The notes beneath the pieces were generated by a model that was given only the letters and a program-made list of their open reading frames with translations, was not told the DNA's origin and searched no databases. A DNA stretch of 64,000 bases from NCBI RefSeq assembly GCF_032191835.1, contig NC_083236.1:34968001-35032000 (forward strand). The letters are read 5' to 3'. The stretch's first letter is position 1; every line of letters starts with the position of its first letter. The stretch is from Heteronotia binoei (lineage: Eukaryota). The translations under genes and the position numbers were made by a program. Positions 25,677 through 37,392 of this stretch are shown here, in pieces.

Positions 25677-25859
25677 CAGGGCTTTTTTTGTAGCAGGAAC
25701 TCCTTTGCATATTATGCTTCACCCCTGATGTAGCCAATCCTTCAAGAGCTTACAGGGCTCCTCTTACAGGGCCTATTGTCAGCTCTTAGAGGATTGGCTA
25801 CATCAGGTAGGGTGCAGCCTAATATGCAAAGGAGTTCCTGCTACAAAAAAAAAGCCCTG
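25677..25859. mobile_element. Palindromic hAT MITE
   Basis: cagggcttttttt...aaaaagccctg; perfect TSD atggagac. Confidence 0.92.
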
Positions 25860-26158
25860 ATGGAGACAGCTGTTTCCTAAAGGGTGTCCTCTGCCAACAC
25901 AATGGTGATGCCTCCTGTGATCTTCTGGTGCACCTCCCACTCCAAGAGCAGAAAGGCAGAACTCTTTCTTTGCTTTGGGGGAAAGAAGCTTTGGGGAAGA
26001 AGCAAATGGGCTCAAGGAAGCACAGCAGCAGGCACTGTGTTGGGGATCACTGGGATGGACAGAGAGGGGTGAACTAGGCAGACTAATCGGTTTGACTTTC
26101 TATAAGGCAGCTTCCTGATACAAAGGTTTTTATGATTTGCACTGATTTTGAATTCTAG

Positions 26159-26344
26159 GTGCGGCAGGAACTTTCATCGGAAAGTGCAGGTGAAGAGGAG
26201 GTTCCTCCTCGGAAGTTCATGCATTCCTGTCGCTTAGACCTGAAGCGTCCTCCTGTACTGCCCTTGACGTCCCACGCAGCGCCTTCCTGGGGACAGCTGA
26301 CCAGCCTAGTAGTCACTTTGGGGATGTTTGCAATATTACACTGA
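26159..26344 (+). CDS. DPEP2: DPEP2-like last coding exon (dimer Cys, GPI-type signal)
   Basis: Acceptor ttctag|GTG; VRQELSSESAGEEEVPPRKFMHSCRLDLK...LTSLVVTLGMFAILH*. SC motif and terminal hydrophobic tail. Summed CDS is 1317 nt, in frame. Confidence 0.88.
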   Translation: MRQELSSESAGEEEVPPRKFMHSCRLDLKRPPVLPLTSHAAPSWGQLTSLVVTLGMFAILH

Positions 26345-27689
26345 GATCATCTCATGTGACATGGCTCTACCCGCCTATTATACACCTGCTGAGAAGTTCC
26401 AGTATGAAACTGGAAGCTGCCATGTGCTGAAACCGCTGCACCTCCTTCTTAATTTTTACACTGAAAAGGAGAGACTGTAGCACTGTCTGCATGACATAGG
26501 TGCATAGGGGGGAACCCACGTAGAAGGGCAACAGAATCAGATGTTCTTCCCCACACACACACACACTGTTGGCCACCATCTGTGCTCATTGGCCAGAATG
26601 ATGCCAAGACACCCAATCCTGTTCTCACTCTGCACATTGCTGTGGTTCCTAACTCCCCATTGGGAAATCCCTGGAGATTTGGGAGGATGCCTGGTGAGGA
26701 TGGAACTTGGAAAGAAACCTCTGTAGGTATAATACATACATCCCATCTCTTCAAAGCTGCCATTTCCTCCTCTCAGGAAACAGCAAATTGGGAAATTCCT
26801 GGAGATTTGGGGGAGGGAGCCTGGTGAGGGTGGGGCTTGGGACAGGATCTCTGTGGGGCATAATGCTGTAGAGTCCACCTTTCAAAGCTGCCATTTCCTC
26901 CTGAGGAGCTGTAGTCTTGAGATCAGCTGTAGTTCCAAGAGATTTCCAGGCCCCACATGGAGGTTGGCAGCTCTGCATATTGACCTACCTGCAATTTAGT
27001 CATTTATCCAAGGCTGCGGTCTGGACATCAAGGTGTGCATTTTCCTTTCTGGCTGCCCTGCCCCATAGTTGCATAAATGCAATCCCTGCCATGCCTTATC
27101 TCCTGATTATTCTTCACTTGATGTCAGGCCATTCAGGTGGAGGGGTGGCTCTGTTGAAAATGCACACCTTGATCCTGGTCCCACTGGGGCTGAAACTGTG
27201 CACCTCCCAGAGGGCATTAACAATTATTCCGACCTTCCCCTCAGCGGCACAGTGGCCGGACCGTCCTTTGCCCTCTGTTAAATAGAACATGGTCCTGGAG
27301 TTGCCAACTCCATGCAGAGAATTTCTGGGAGATTTGGGCCAATTCCTTTACTTGTTCCATGAGCACCCATAGGGTTGCCAAACTCCAGGTGGTGGAATCC
27401 AAAGCACAAGGCTTCCGTGACAACCAGCCTCAAAAGGAACAATGACCCAAAAAATTATAACACTAAATACAATATATTAGAAATTTCAAGGCAGTGAACT
27501 CAATCAGTCTCTTATACAATACAAGGAACGTATTCACCAGGAATCCAGTTTCATTTTTTTTGGCAACTCAACACCAACTCTTATCAGGAAAGCCAAGTGA
27601 AGTAGAAATTAATAATTGATGTCAAATCAGTCCAATATCTCTTGATTTGTGCAGCCAGTAGTCCAGAATAGCAGTGTAAAACAATTTTT

Positions 27690-28592
27690 ATAATAATAAT
27701 AATAATAATATTAATCAATGATTATCATTAATCAATGATCTTTCAAAAATAAACATCAAACCTATTGCATCACATTTCCCATCTCCCTCCCCCCTTTTTA
27801 GGACTTCCCCGGTGCATTCAACTTGAAATACAAAAAGAATAAAAGGTAATAATAATCTATTAAGAACCTTCTAAAAACTTATAACTATAATATAATAAAA
27901 TACAAATAAGAACGGAATTACTTATCACTATTATTTCCTATCTTAATTAATAATCTTACACTATTACTATACTTAATTTTTGTTTATCTATTTTAATTAT
28001 TATCTATTAATCCCAATCCTCATATGCAAAAAACATTGTATATTTCCATTTTAACTTTATCTATAGTTGACATTTTACACTAAAAAAAGAAAGAAAAAAG
28101 TTAATCATTATTAAAAATCACCAAATGTCCTTTTACCTTCCACTGTTTTTCAACATACTTTTGAAATTTCTCCCATTCCCCGTTATCTATATCAGGTTCT
28201 TTTAAAGTTCTAGTAAGTTTGTCCATTTCGCTCCAATGCATAACTTTCATAATCCAGTCCCATTTTTCTGGTAATTTATTTTACTTCCACAACTGCGCAT
28301 ATAATGTCCGTGCAGCCGAAAGCATGTATCAAAGCAATGTTCTGTCTTGTTTCGGAAAACTTTCCATTTGTAATCCCAACAAAAAGATTTCAGGTGCCTC
28401 CTTTATATTGTAGCCCAAAATCTTTGAAATTTCTTGCTGAATCATTTGCCAAAATTGTATAGCCTTTTCACAAGTCCACCACATGTGATAGAAAGATCCT
28501 TCATGCTTTTTACATTTCCAGCATCGATCAGACATCTGGTTATTTATTTTCAAAAGTTTCTTAGGAGTCATATACCATCTGTATAACATTTA
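27690..28592 (-). mobile_element. L1-clade LINE 3' fragment
   Basis: Minus-strand MLYRWYMTP...CWKCKKHEGSFYHMWWTC...FW is the ORF2 C-terminal CCHC knuckle; AT-rich 3' UTR and (ATT)n tail. Confidence 0.9.
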
Positions 28593-29959
28593 CCAGCAGT
28601 CCAGAATAGCAACAAGGTACTGGTGCTCTTGTTTCATGTTAGCTTCTTCAAGCTTCTCACAAATAATTTCAAATACAGGGTAAGAACGCCAACACTTTCC
28701 AACACTGGTGAATACATTCCTTGTGCTTTGAATCCCCCTGCCTTTCTTACCATGATTCTCTGTTTTGGTTGCACAACCTCCAGATGGTGGCTAGAGATCT
28801 CCTGGGATTACAACTGAGCTCCAGAAAATGGCTGCTTGGGGAGGTGGGCTCTATGGCATTGTACCCCATTGAAGTCTCTCCCCTTCCCAAACTCCTCCCT
28901 CCTCAGGCTCCACCCCCAAGATCTCCAGGTATTTCCCAACCCAGAGTTGGCAACCCCACGCACCACCTAGATGGATCAGACACAAAGTACAAACAGATAT
29001 GAGGAAGCCTCATGGATCTCCATCAGTCTTAGGCAAAAAGGGTCAATGGTGTGCTCTACACAGCCATGGATTCGGATTGGGGCTGTTGGGGGTTATTTGA
29101 ACTTTCAGGATCGCTAATCAAAACTGAGCTCCCCATGCTGCAAGTAGCATTTTAAATGAGAAAACTTATTGAAGTTTTAAAGGCTGTATTCCCCTTCAGA
29201 ATGCTAATTGCAGCACGGAGAGCCCTGATAATGGTTTTATGTCCTCTCTCCCTTCATGCATGGCCTTAGAGTGGCACAATTTACCTTTGTGGACTGATGG
29301 AGATGCCCAGTCTTTGCCACGTCATCTGCCTGGAGTCCAGGAGCCTCCAGACTCGACCCTGGAAACATTAAGATCTCTACTGTTTGCATGAAATTTGGGC
29401 AAGAAGTAATTTGGAATTGTTTTTGTTTCCAGCAGTTTTCATCTAATTCTGCTGCTGCTTTATTGTTTCAGAGTTTGTCTGTTTTCGCTTCTTGCACTTC
29501 TCAAACAAATTAAAAACAAAACGTATTTCAAAATTGAACTTTATTTTTAAACTCGGTTTTGAAGACTGTTCTTTTGACATGGTGATGGTGGAAAGTGCTG
29601 TCAAATCAAAGATGAGTTATGGCGACCCCACAGGGTTTCCAAGGCAAGAGGTGAACCCATGTCCCTCCATTGCCTGCCTCTGCAGACTAACCCTGGTATT
29701 CCTTGGTGAGCTCCCATCCAAATAGGAACCAGACCGACCCTGGTTAGTTTTTAAGATCTAACAAGATTGGGCTAGCTTGAACCAACCTTTTTGAATGTAG
29801 GGAAAGAGATATTTCGAATACAGAATTCATTACCACAAGATGTGGTGTCAGTCACTGATTTCATTCAAGCGCTATTAGATAAATGAGTAGAGGATTAGTC
29901 TGTTGACAGCTACTGGCCTTGTTGGTTTACTAGAATCTGTATGATCAGCCTTAACCAAG

Positions 29960-30160
29960 AAAGCCCAGGCAAGCTCTATCTCATCGGATCTTGGAAGCTA
30001 AGCAGGGTTGACTCTGGCAAGTACTTGGATGGGAGACTTCCTTGGAATACCAGAGCTGGAAGGCAGAGGCAGCTGCATTCAGCCACCTCTCTGAACATTC
30101 ACCATGCCCCCACTATGGGTCAAACACCAGAGGTCACCATGACTTTCAGTTGCACATATC
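29960..30160 (+). mobile_element. 5S rRNA-derived SINE
   Basis: atctcatcggatcttggaagctaagcagggttgactctggcaagtacttggatgggagac aligns to 5S rRNA. Other copies at ~29590-29790 (-), 43130-43290, 50295-50470, 57030-57215 (-), 57295-57480, 61000-61145 (-), 61650-61850 (-) and 62085-62265. Confidence 0.82.
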
Positions 30161-30679
30161 ACATGCACATAAAAATGCCCCCCTCGAAAAAAAAGAAAGA
30201 AAAAGAAACTGCATGATCAGCTGTATTTTTCCTCTGAATATGATGGCTGTAAGAAAACATTTGCGGTGTGGGGGGGTGTTCCTACTTGTGGTCTTTCTGG
30301 TGGTATCTGGCTGATCACTGCTGGAAACAAAATGGTAGACCAGAAGAATAATCCTGTGATGGTTTACTCAGAAATAAGTCTAATTATTCTGTGGAGATTA
30401 TTCCCAGGAACGTGGTTTTAGGCTTGCAGCACAGTTATACTCTTCTTCTGATTTCATAGAATTAATCTTCCATTCAGAAATTAAGTGGTGAAGGTGTCTG
30501 AAGATGAGCTAGCTGAAATATCTTCAGTGCAAGATTCTGAAATACACAAGGGCTGGATTCCATCTGCTGCCAAGCTGGTTCTTCCTTGTGACACAGATAT
30601 TCTTTGGCTCAAAGTAACATAAAGCAAATGGGACATATTTAGGTCCCCTTTCATGTTTTTACCAGGCTGTGGATCTTGA

Positions 30680-30847
30680 CAGGGCTGGACCTAGACCGTC
30701 TGGCACCCTAGCCAAGGCTAACTTCTGGTGCCCCCTCCCCTGCATTGATAATGTCACCAAGTCAAATGGGGGGTGCCCAATTTAGTGCCCCAGAAGGCCA
30801 GCTCTCTAGGCAATCACCTAGTTTGTCTAGTAGCAGGGCTGGCTCTG
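30680..30847. mobile_element. hAT MITE
   Basis: Termini cagggctgg / ctggctctg; TSD gatcttga/gatctgga. Confidence 0.7.
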
Positions 30848-33800
30848 GATCTGGAACTAGTGTTTTCTGGTTGCCTGCTTGCTTTCCATCTGATCAACTT
30901 GTGCATTTGTTAATTACACTGTGAGCTCAATTGCTGTCTTCTCACTAAAACACTGACAGTCTAAAGGTTTCCCTTAACAAAGCTCAGAGGCATCATTAGG
31001 GGAAAGCAAAGTCTGGTTAAGCTAAATTTTCCAAAGCAAAGATTATAAAACAATATAGATTTTTGGATCTCCCTTCCTGATAGGCTTTCAATAGTATCAA
31101 GTTTGCTACTGGGGGAAAGAAGTTGGGGCTTGTGAAGAATCACAGGGGAAGAGGAACAACTGAGAACCCCCCCCCCCCCCCAATCTAAATGTGCACATCC
31201 AGGGTTCTACAGAAACTCATAAGGATTTGAGATAGGGATGCCAGCCTCCAGGCAGGACCTGGGGCCCCTTACAGCTCCATCTCCTGAACATTTAGAGGTC
31301 AATTTCTCTGTTGGAGGGTAGGATCTATGGATTGTAACCCACTGAGGTCCTTGTCCTCCCCAGGCTTCATCCCCAACCTCCAGGAGTTTCCCAAGCCAGA
31401 GCTGACCACCCTGCACACACCCAGCCAGAGGCGGAGGGGGCGGTAGGTGGGATCTGGCAATCCTGAGGGCCACTTTCCCATCTCTCTCTCTCAGCTCCCC
31501 CCCCCCCTCAAAGAAAAACCTTTAGCTGATTCTCAACTCTTCTCAAAATTTCAAGGGCAACAAGCTTGCTCATTCCTCATTTGTATGATTTTTCCAATAG
31601 TTGTCCTTTTCATGGAGTTCCTTTCAGTGACTTTCCAACCTGGAAGATGTGCTAATGCACAAGGGTTGTTTTTTTTCTTCTGAAAATGTAGAAAATCCTC
31701 TTGAGTATGCACTAACCCTCCATTTTCTAAGGGTGACCTAATTTTGCAGGCCTCCTGATAAACTACGGCTGCCAAGTGCCAATTCTGGGCTGGGAAATTC
31801 CTGGAGATTTTTGGAGGGAATAACAGGTTTTGAGGAGTGGAGGGGCCTCCAGCAGGGTATAATGCCGTAGACGTAGGGATGCCAGCATGAGCCTGACAAC
31901 AAGCAGGAGGGGTGGGGTCATGGGGCCCATATGATGTCAGCAACATCACTAGCATCACTGTGTCACTTCTGGGTAGACCTATAGAGTTTCTAATGATTCC
32001 TAGAGCTACCCATTGTAAATTGGACGTGAAGCACCAGCCCAGAGGAAGTTGGCAGTGTTGTTTTTAATCTGCTGCTGCTGCTGCTCAACAGGCAATGGCA
32101 GGAGTCCTTCCTCCATAATGGGAGGTCTGGCAATCCTACAAAGAGTCCACCCTCCAAAGCAGCCATGTTCTCCATGGGAACTGATCTCTGTAGATATGTT
32201 GGAATTCCAGGAGATCTCCAGGACCCACCTGAAGGTTGTCAACCAAAGGATAAACAGAGGACCAGAAGCAATGGAATGGAGGGAACCAGCAGGGATGCTA
32301 GCTTCCAGGTGGGACCTGGGGATCCCCCAGAATTACAGCTCCTCTCTGACCTGCAGAGATCAGTTCCCCCAGAGAAAATGCTTTGGAGGGTGGCATTGTA
32401 CCCCACTGAGTTCCAGGCTCTATCTACAAATATCCAGGGATTTCCCAACCTGGATTTCACAACTCTACCCAGCCACCCACCAATAGCTGGGGGGGACTTG
32501 GTAACCCTAGGAACCAGCTGGAGAACCATGAGTAATTTGCAGAGTGTACTGAAATCCCCCCTCCTCTTTCCATATGGACATACTCACACCCCCTAATTCC
32601 CCCATTCTATAACCACTAAGCAGATCAAACGTGAATTTCCTCATCCCCTCCACTTATTTCCCTCTTTATCTGACTCTCAACTGTTCTCAACATCCTGTGC
32701 CTTCTACAGCATACTCAGTCCTCATTCAACTGCTTTTGATTTATGTTCCTTTTGTAAAATTATAAAGTCATCTTTTCTTCTGCGAACCTGGAGAATTGAT
32801 TAGCTTCTCTCTCTGTGACCTGGTTTCTCCTGCTCTAGGCCAGACCTTTCCTGTAACCAGCATGTACAAGACATCAGTGCCCTCTGCTGGCCTTTGGTAA
32901 ATGAAAACCATCTATTTTACATAAATCTTTGCAACCAAGTCACCCCAAAGGCTCAACAGGGCTCAAGATAAATTAAAACCACAGAACAGAAGTCAACTAA
33001 AATAGGATGAATCCAAAAGCAACTGCATTCTAACCAGCCTGGCTGTTGAAACCAGCCCATATAGAAGAGCTTTGCAGTGGTCTTGGCAAGTGCTTAGGCC
33101 TGCAGTGGATCTATGGTCTTTGGGGTCTGGTTCTATAAAACTGATAGCAGGCGTAATAAAAAAGGAAGCAGGTGGCACCATAAAGATAATCTCATGGAGG
33201 GCCTTTTTGTAGAAAAAAGTCCATCAGGAACTCATTTGCATATTGGGCCACACACCCCAATGCCAAGCCAGCCAGAACTGCGTTCCTGTGAGTTCCTGCT
33301 TTAAGAAAGCCCTGATCGCACAGCACAACAGGCATTACATAACCATCAAATGTCATTTCTGAAGTGCATGACTGTGCGCCAAACTTTAGAGCTTGATTGA
33401 CAGCTGATAAAAACAATTGATGGAATACCAAATTGCAGGTGGAACTGCAGTTATATACAACTCATACCTAATCATGACTTCTAAGCCACAGAAATTTATG
33501 CTGGAATAAAATATTAGCCTTGAAGAGGCCACAAGATTCCTTTGGAGGGGTAGCTTCTACAGACTAACCATTGGAATTTACAATAATTTTTACATATGTC
33601 CCCCACCCCTCCTAAAAACATTGGGTTGCCATGTCCTAGGAACTGCTTGCCAAAAAGAAGTAAAAGACCCAATGTTCCAAAAAGTATGATACTCCTAAAA
33701 ACAAAGCAATTCTCCTTGACTACTTATAAATGCATCCTGTTAAGAGAAGTGGGGGTTTTTTGCAGGCACTAATGATACCACAGGAATATGGAACTGCACT

Positions 33801-35381
33801 CCTAGGGTTGCCAGGCCTGTGCTGGAAAATACCTGGAGACTTTGGGGGAGGAGCCAGGAGAGGGTGGGTTTTGGGGAAAAGAGGGGCCTCAGCAGGGTCC
33901 AAATACATAGAGTCCACCCTTCAAAGCAGCCATTTTCTCCAGGGGAGCTGATTACTACCAGCTTGAGACCAAGTGTAAAAGTGGGAGATCTCCAGGCCCC
34001 ACCTGGAGGCTGGCAGCTCAACCCCTCATGGTTTTGGGGTGGCTTCTTGGTGTGGTTCATCCTCATTAGAAATAGCATGGTTGGGACTGAAGTAACAGGA
34101 AAAAACATCTTGCCCTTTAACCAAGGCTTAATGAACAGATGAAGGTTTTCATAGCAGGGAGGGAACTAATATCACCTGGTCAATAACAGCCTATTAAGCT
34201 TCTATTGAAGGGGCAAGACATTCTCTCCAGTTTGTTGGTAGCCATGGGAGAAGTGAAACATATAGGGGAACGTGGACAGCCGGAAGAGAAGGGTAATTAA
34301 GCTTGCCCCTGTTTCCCGGATGGTCATGAAGAAACTGCAGCCTCTCCAGGTACTGCCAAGAAGTTCTCGGTTTGCCGGTTCTTTAGAAGTGTTGAAAGTT
34401 CTCAAGTAGCCGAAGGCGTGTTGCTGAGTCACTGTGATCTTGATTGAAAGTCATGTGTCAAAGTGGGGGAAAGTGTAATTTTGTGGGAAAGGGTCATTGA
34501 AAAGGCACTCAGCGCCTTCAGACACTTCTAAATTACTTACCAATACAAAAAGTTCTTCAGCAATGACCATAGGGCTGCAGATCTTTGACCCTGAAAAGTG
34601 TCTTGAGCAGAGTAGCTCTTCTGCTACTCTTTTCTATAGAAAACACAGTTGCCAACACACCTGAAGGGGGAATATGTTCTGTCCCTTTAATAGCTGCTTA
34701 CTAGGATGTCACTTACCTCCATGCCATGAGCAATTACAGCTGCCCATTCCTCACCTTTAAACTTCTATTAAAGGGACTCAACATTTTTGTTCCCTCCAGT
34801 TTGTTGTCAAACGTTAGGAAATGAAATTGCTTCATTTGGGAAATGTTTGTCCGATCCCATCTTTTAATTAGTGACTCAGTCAGTACTAGATCTTGAGAAC
34901 TCCTGAAGCTTTTGCAGAAGGTCTTGGCAGCCCCTGGGAAAGTGAGAATTTCCTAAAGCCACAACCCAGCAAAGAAGTCGTCGCCTTTGTTATCCGATAT
35001 TGATTGCAGGGTCTGTGAAAGTTCTGGATCGTATAATCATGATTCAGTTGTTATGAGCTGGCTGCCCTCCTACTGAGTGACAAAGCGTATTGTAATAGTG
35101 TCTTACTAATGTTTGTGTGTTGTGTTGTGGCAATCAACATGTTTCCTGTTATTATTTGCAGACAATGGACTTCTCTTGGGGAGGGGGGTACTTATAACTT
35201 TCAAAAGAGGTTTTCTGTGTTGTATTTATAATGTATAACTGAGTGTTTTGCAACATGCTTATTCATGTCTCATTTTGAAATAATCATGCGACGTTGTTTG
35301 ATTATTTATCTGGGAATTTATATCCTGCATTTATTTTCTGTAGGGACCCATTGTGTTTCATTTCCCCCTCATTTATGTGAT

Positions 35382-35582
35382 CAGGGCTTTTTTGGTAGAA
35401 AAAAGCCCAGCGGGAACTAATTTGAATATTAGGCCACCCCCTCTGACATCACAATTGTTTCACACAGGGCTTTTTTTGTAGAAAAAGCCCAGCAAGGGCT
35501 CATTTGCATATTAGGCCACACCTCCTGATGCCGAGCCTGTCGGAACTGCGTTCCTGTGTGTTCCTGCTCAAAGAAAGCCCTG
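35382..35582. mobile_element. hAT MITE with duplicated left end
   Basis: cagggctttttt...aagaaagccctg; perfect TSD tatgtgat; second cagggctttttttgtagaaaaagccc internally; related copy at ~33197-33315. Confidence 0.85.
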
Positions 35583-36671
35583 TATGTGATCCTTACAACA
35601 ACCCTGTGAGGTAAGTTAGGCTGAGAGACTCATCACTGGGCCAAAACTGATGCTTTGATTTGCTCAAACTTTGTGATTCAAAGGAAAGTGCACTGAGGAC
35701 TCCCACATGTGGATGCTCCCTAGCCAATAAACATGCCTTTGCAACTGCAGCAAAGACAATGCTCTAGGATGCCCAAAATGGCTTTTATTAATGAGTCCTA
35801 GGGAAATCCTAGAGTGTTGCATGACATTGTGATGTCTGCTCCTGTTAAATGGCTGGAAATGACATTGGAGCTTCATGGGATGCTCTTTTGGTAACTCTCT
35901 GCCCCCTACAAGAAGTCCTCTTGGGGGGGGGGGTTGTGTTCTGTGGTTTTTACTGCTCCACTTATCCCTCCCCTCTTTTGGGGGGAGAGAGGAAGGGTAG
36001 AATCCTTACAAACTATTCCCTGCCTCCTGCAAATGCTGAGGCTGGGTAGAAGAAATAAGGAATGTCTTGTTACACAGGAGTGCCTGCAGGGGGCGACACT
36101 TTAACAGACACTATGGCACTTCACAATTCTGACATGTGCTATGCCCCCCCCCCTCTCTTCTGGGTATGTGGAATAACTTTCCTCTAGGAGATCAAATGGT
36201 GGCTAAATGGCGGAGGGGGGTGCAATCCCTACTACTGAATCATTGCAATAAGCTGCAGGAGAAATAGACAGGAACAGGGGAAGACAACAGTAACTTCATT
36301 AGCAGAAGAACAAACAATACTCCCATTGCTTACTTTTCCCATGACAACCTTAGAAATAAACAATCCAATAAATAATTTAAGAAGATTTCTGAAAATGTCT
36401 CTTTGCGCTCACAATGAAGTGAGCTTTCTAGTTTTTGAATCTGCCTCAAGGAAGTCTTTTTAAAAAAGCACTGACTGTGCAATCCTAAACAGACTTACAC
36501 CCGACACTGTCTTGGTTTGGCCAACCTGTGGCCACTGGGCTGGATGCAGGCCACAAAGGAATTTTAATCTGTGCACTGGAAGCCCTTCAAGTTTTGATCA
36601 AAGCAAAGGTTTTGCCTTCTTGTTTCACTTCTAAAGAAAAAGTCACAAGTTGTGAGGGACAGAAATATTGC

Positions 36672-36674
<3 letters not shown>

Positions 36675-36749
<75 letters not shown>
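36675..36749. repeat. (AT)n microsatellite
   Basis: Direct reading. Confidence 0.98.
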
Positions 36750-36751
<2 letters not shown>

Positions 36752-36886
36752 ATTAGGGTTTTGTATGCAGTACTTCCCACCAGGGCCACTTCCAGGTTTT
36801 GGGGGCACCTAGGCAGATAGTTCTATATGCCACCAGACAGCCCCCCCACCTTTCCTCTTCTCCCCTTCACCTGCATGCTTCCCACC

Positions 36887-37392
36887 TAAGGTTGCCAATC
36901 CCCAGGCAGAGGCCCTGGTTTGGAGGCCCTTCCTCCACTTCAGGGTCATCAGAAAGCAGGGGGGAGGGAAGGGAAATGTCTGCTGAGCACTCCATTATTC
37001 CCAATGGAGACTGATTCCCATAGGCTATAATGGAGAATTGATCTGCAGGTATCTGGGGCTCTGGGGAGACTGTTTTTTGAGATAGAGGCACCAAATTTCC
37101 AGCATAGCATCCATCCAGTGCCTCCCTCCAAAATACTCTCCAAGTTTTAAAAAGAATGAACCGGAGGGTCCAATTCTATGAGCCCCCAAAGAAGGTGCCC
37201 CTATCCTTCATTACTTCCAAGGGAGGGAAGGTATTTAAATGGTGTGTGATCCCTTTAAATGTGATGGTCAGAACTCCCTTTGGACTTCAATTATGCTTGC
37301 TCCAGCTCCATCCCCAAAGTCCCAACATCTTCACCCCCTGGCTCCACCCCCAAAGTCCCCAGATATTTCTTGAATTGGACCTGGCAACTTTA
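36887..37392. mobile_element. Non-autonomous hAT element (~500-bp family)
   Basis: Termini taaggttgcca / tggcaacttta; perfect TSD ttcccacc. Confidence 0.87.

Noticed and set aside
29960-30060. 5S rRNA gene; similarly tRNA genes at SINE heads (e.g. 6701, 63290)
   Set aside because: Diverged, truncated and fused to SINE bodies, so these are retroposon heads, not functional RNA genes.
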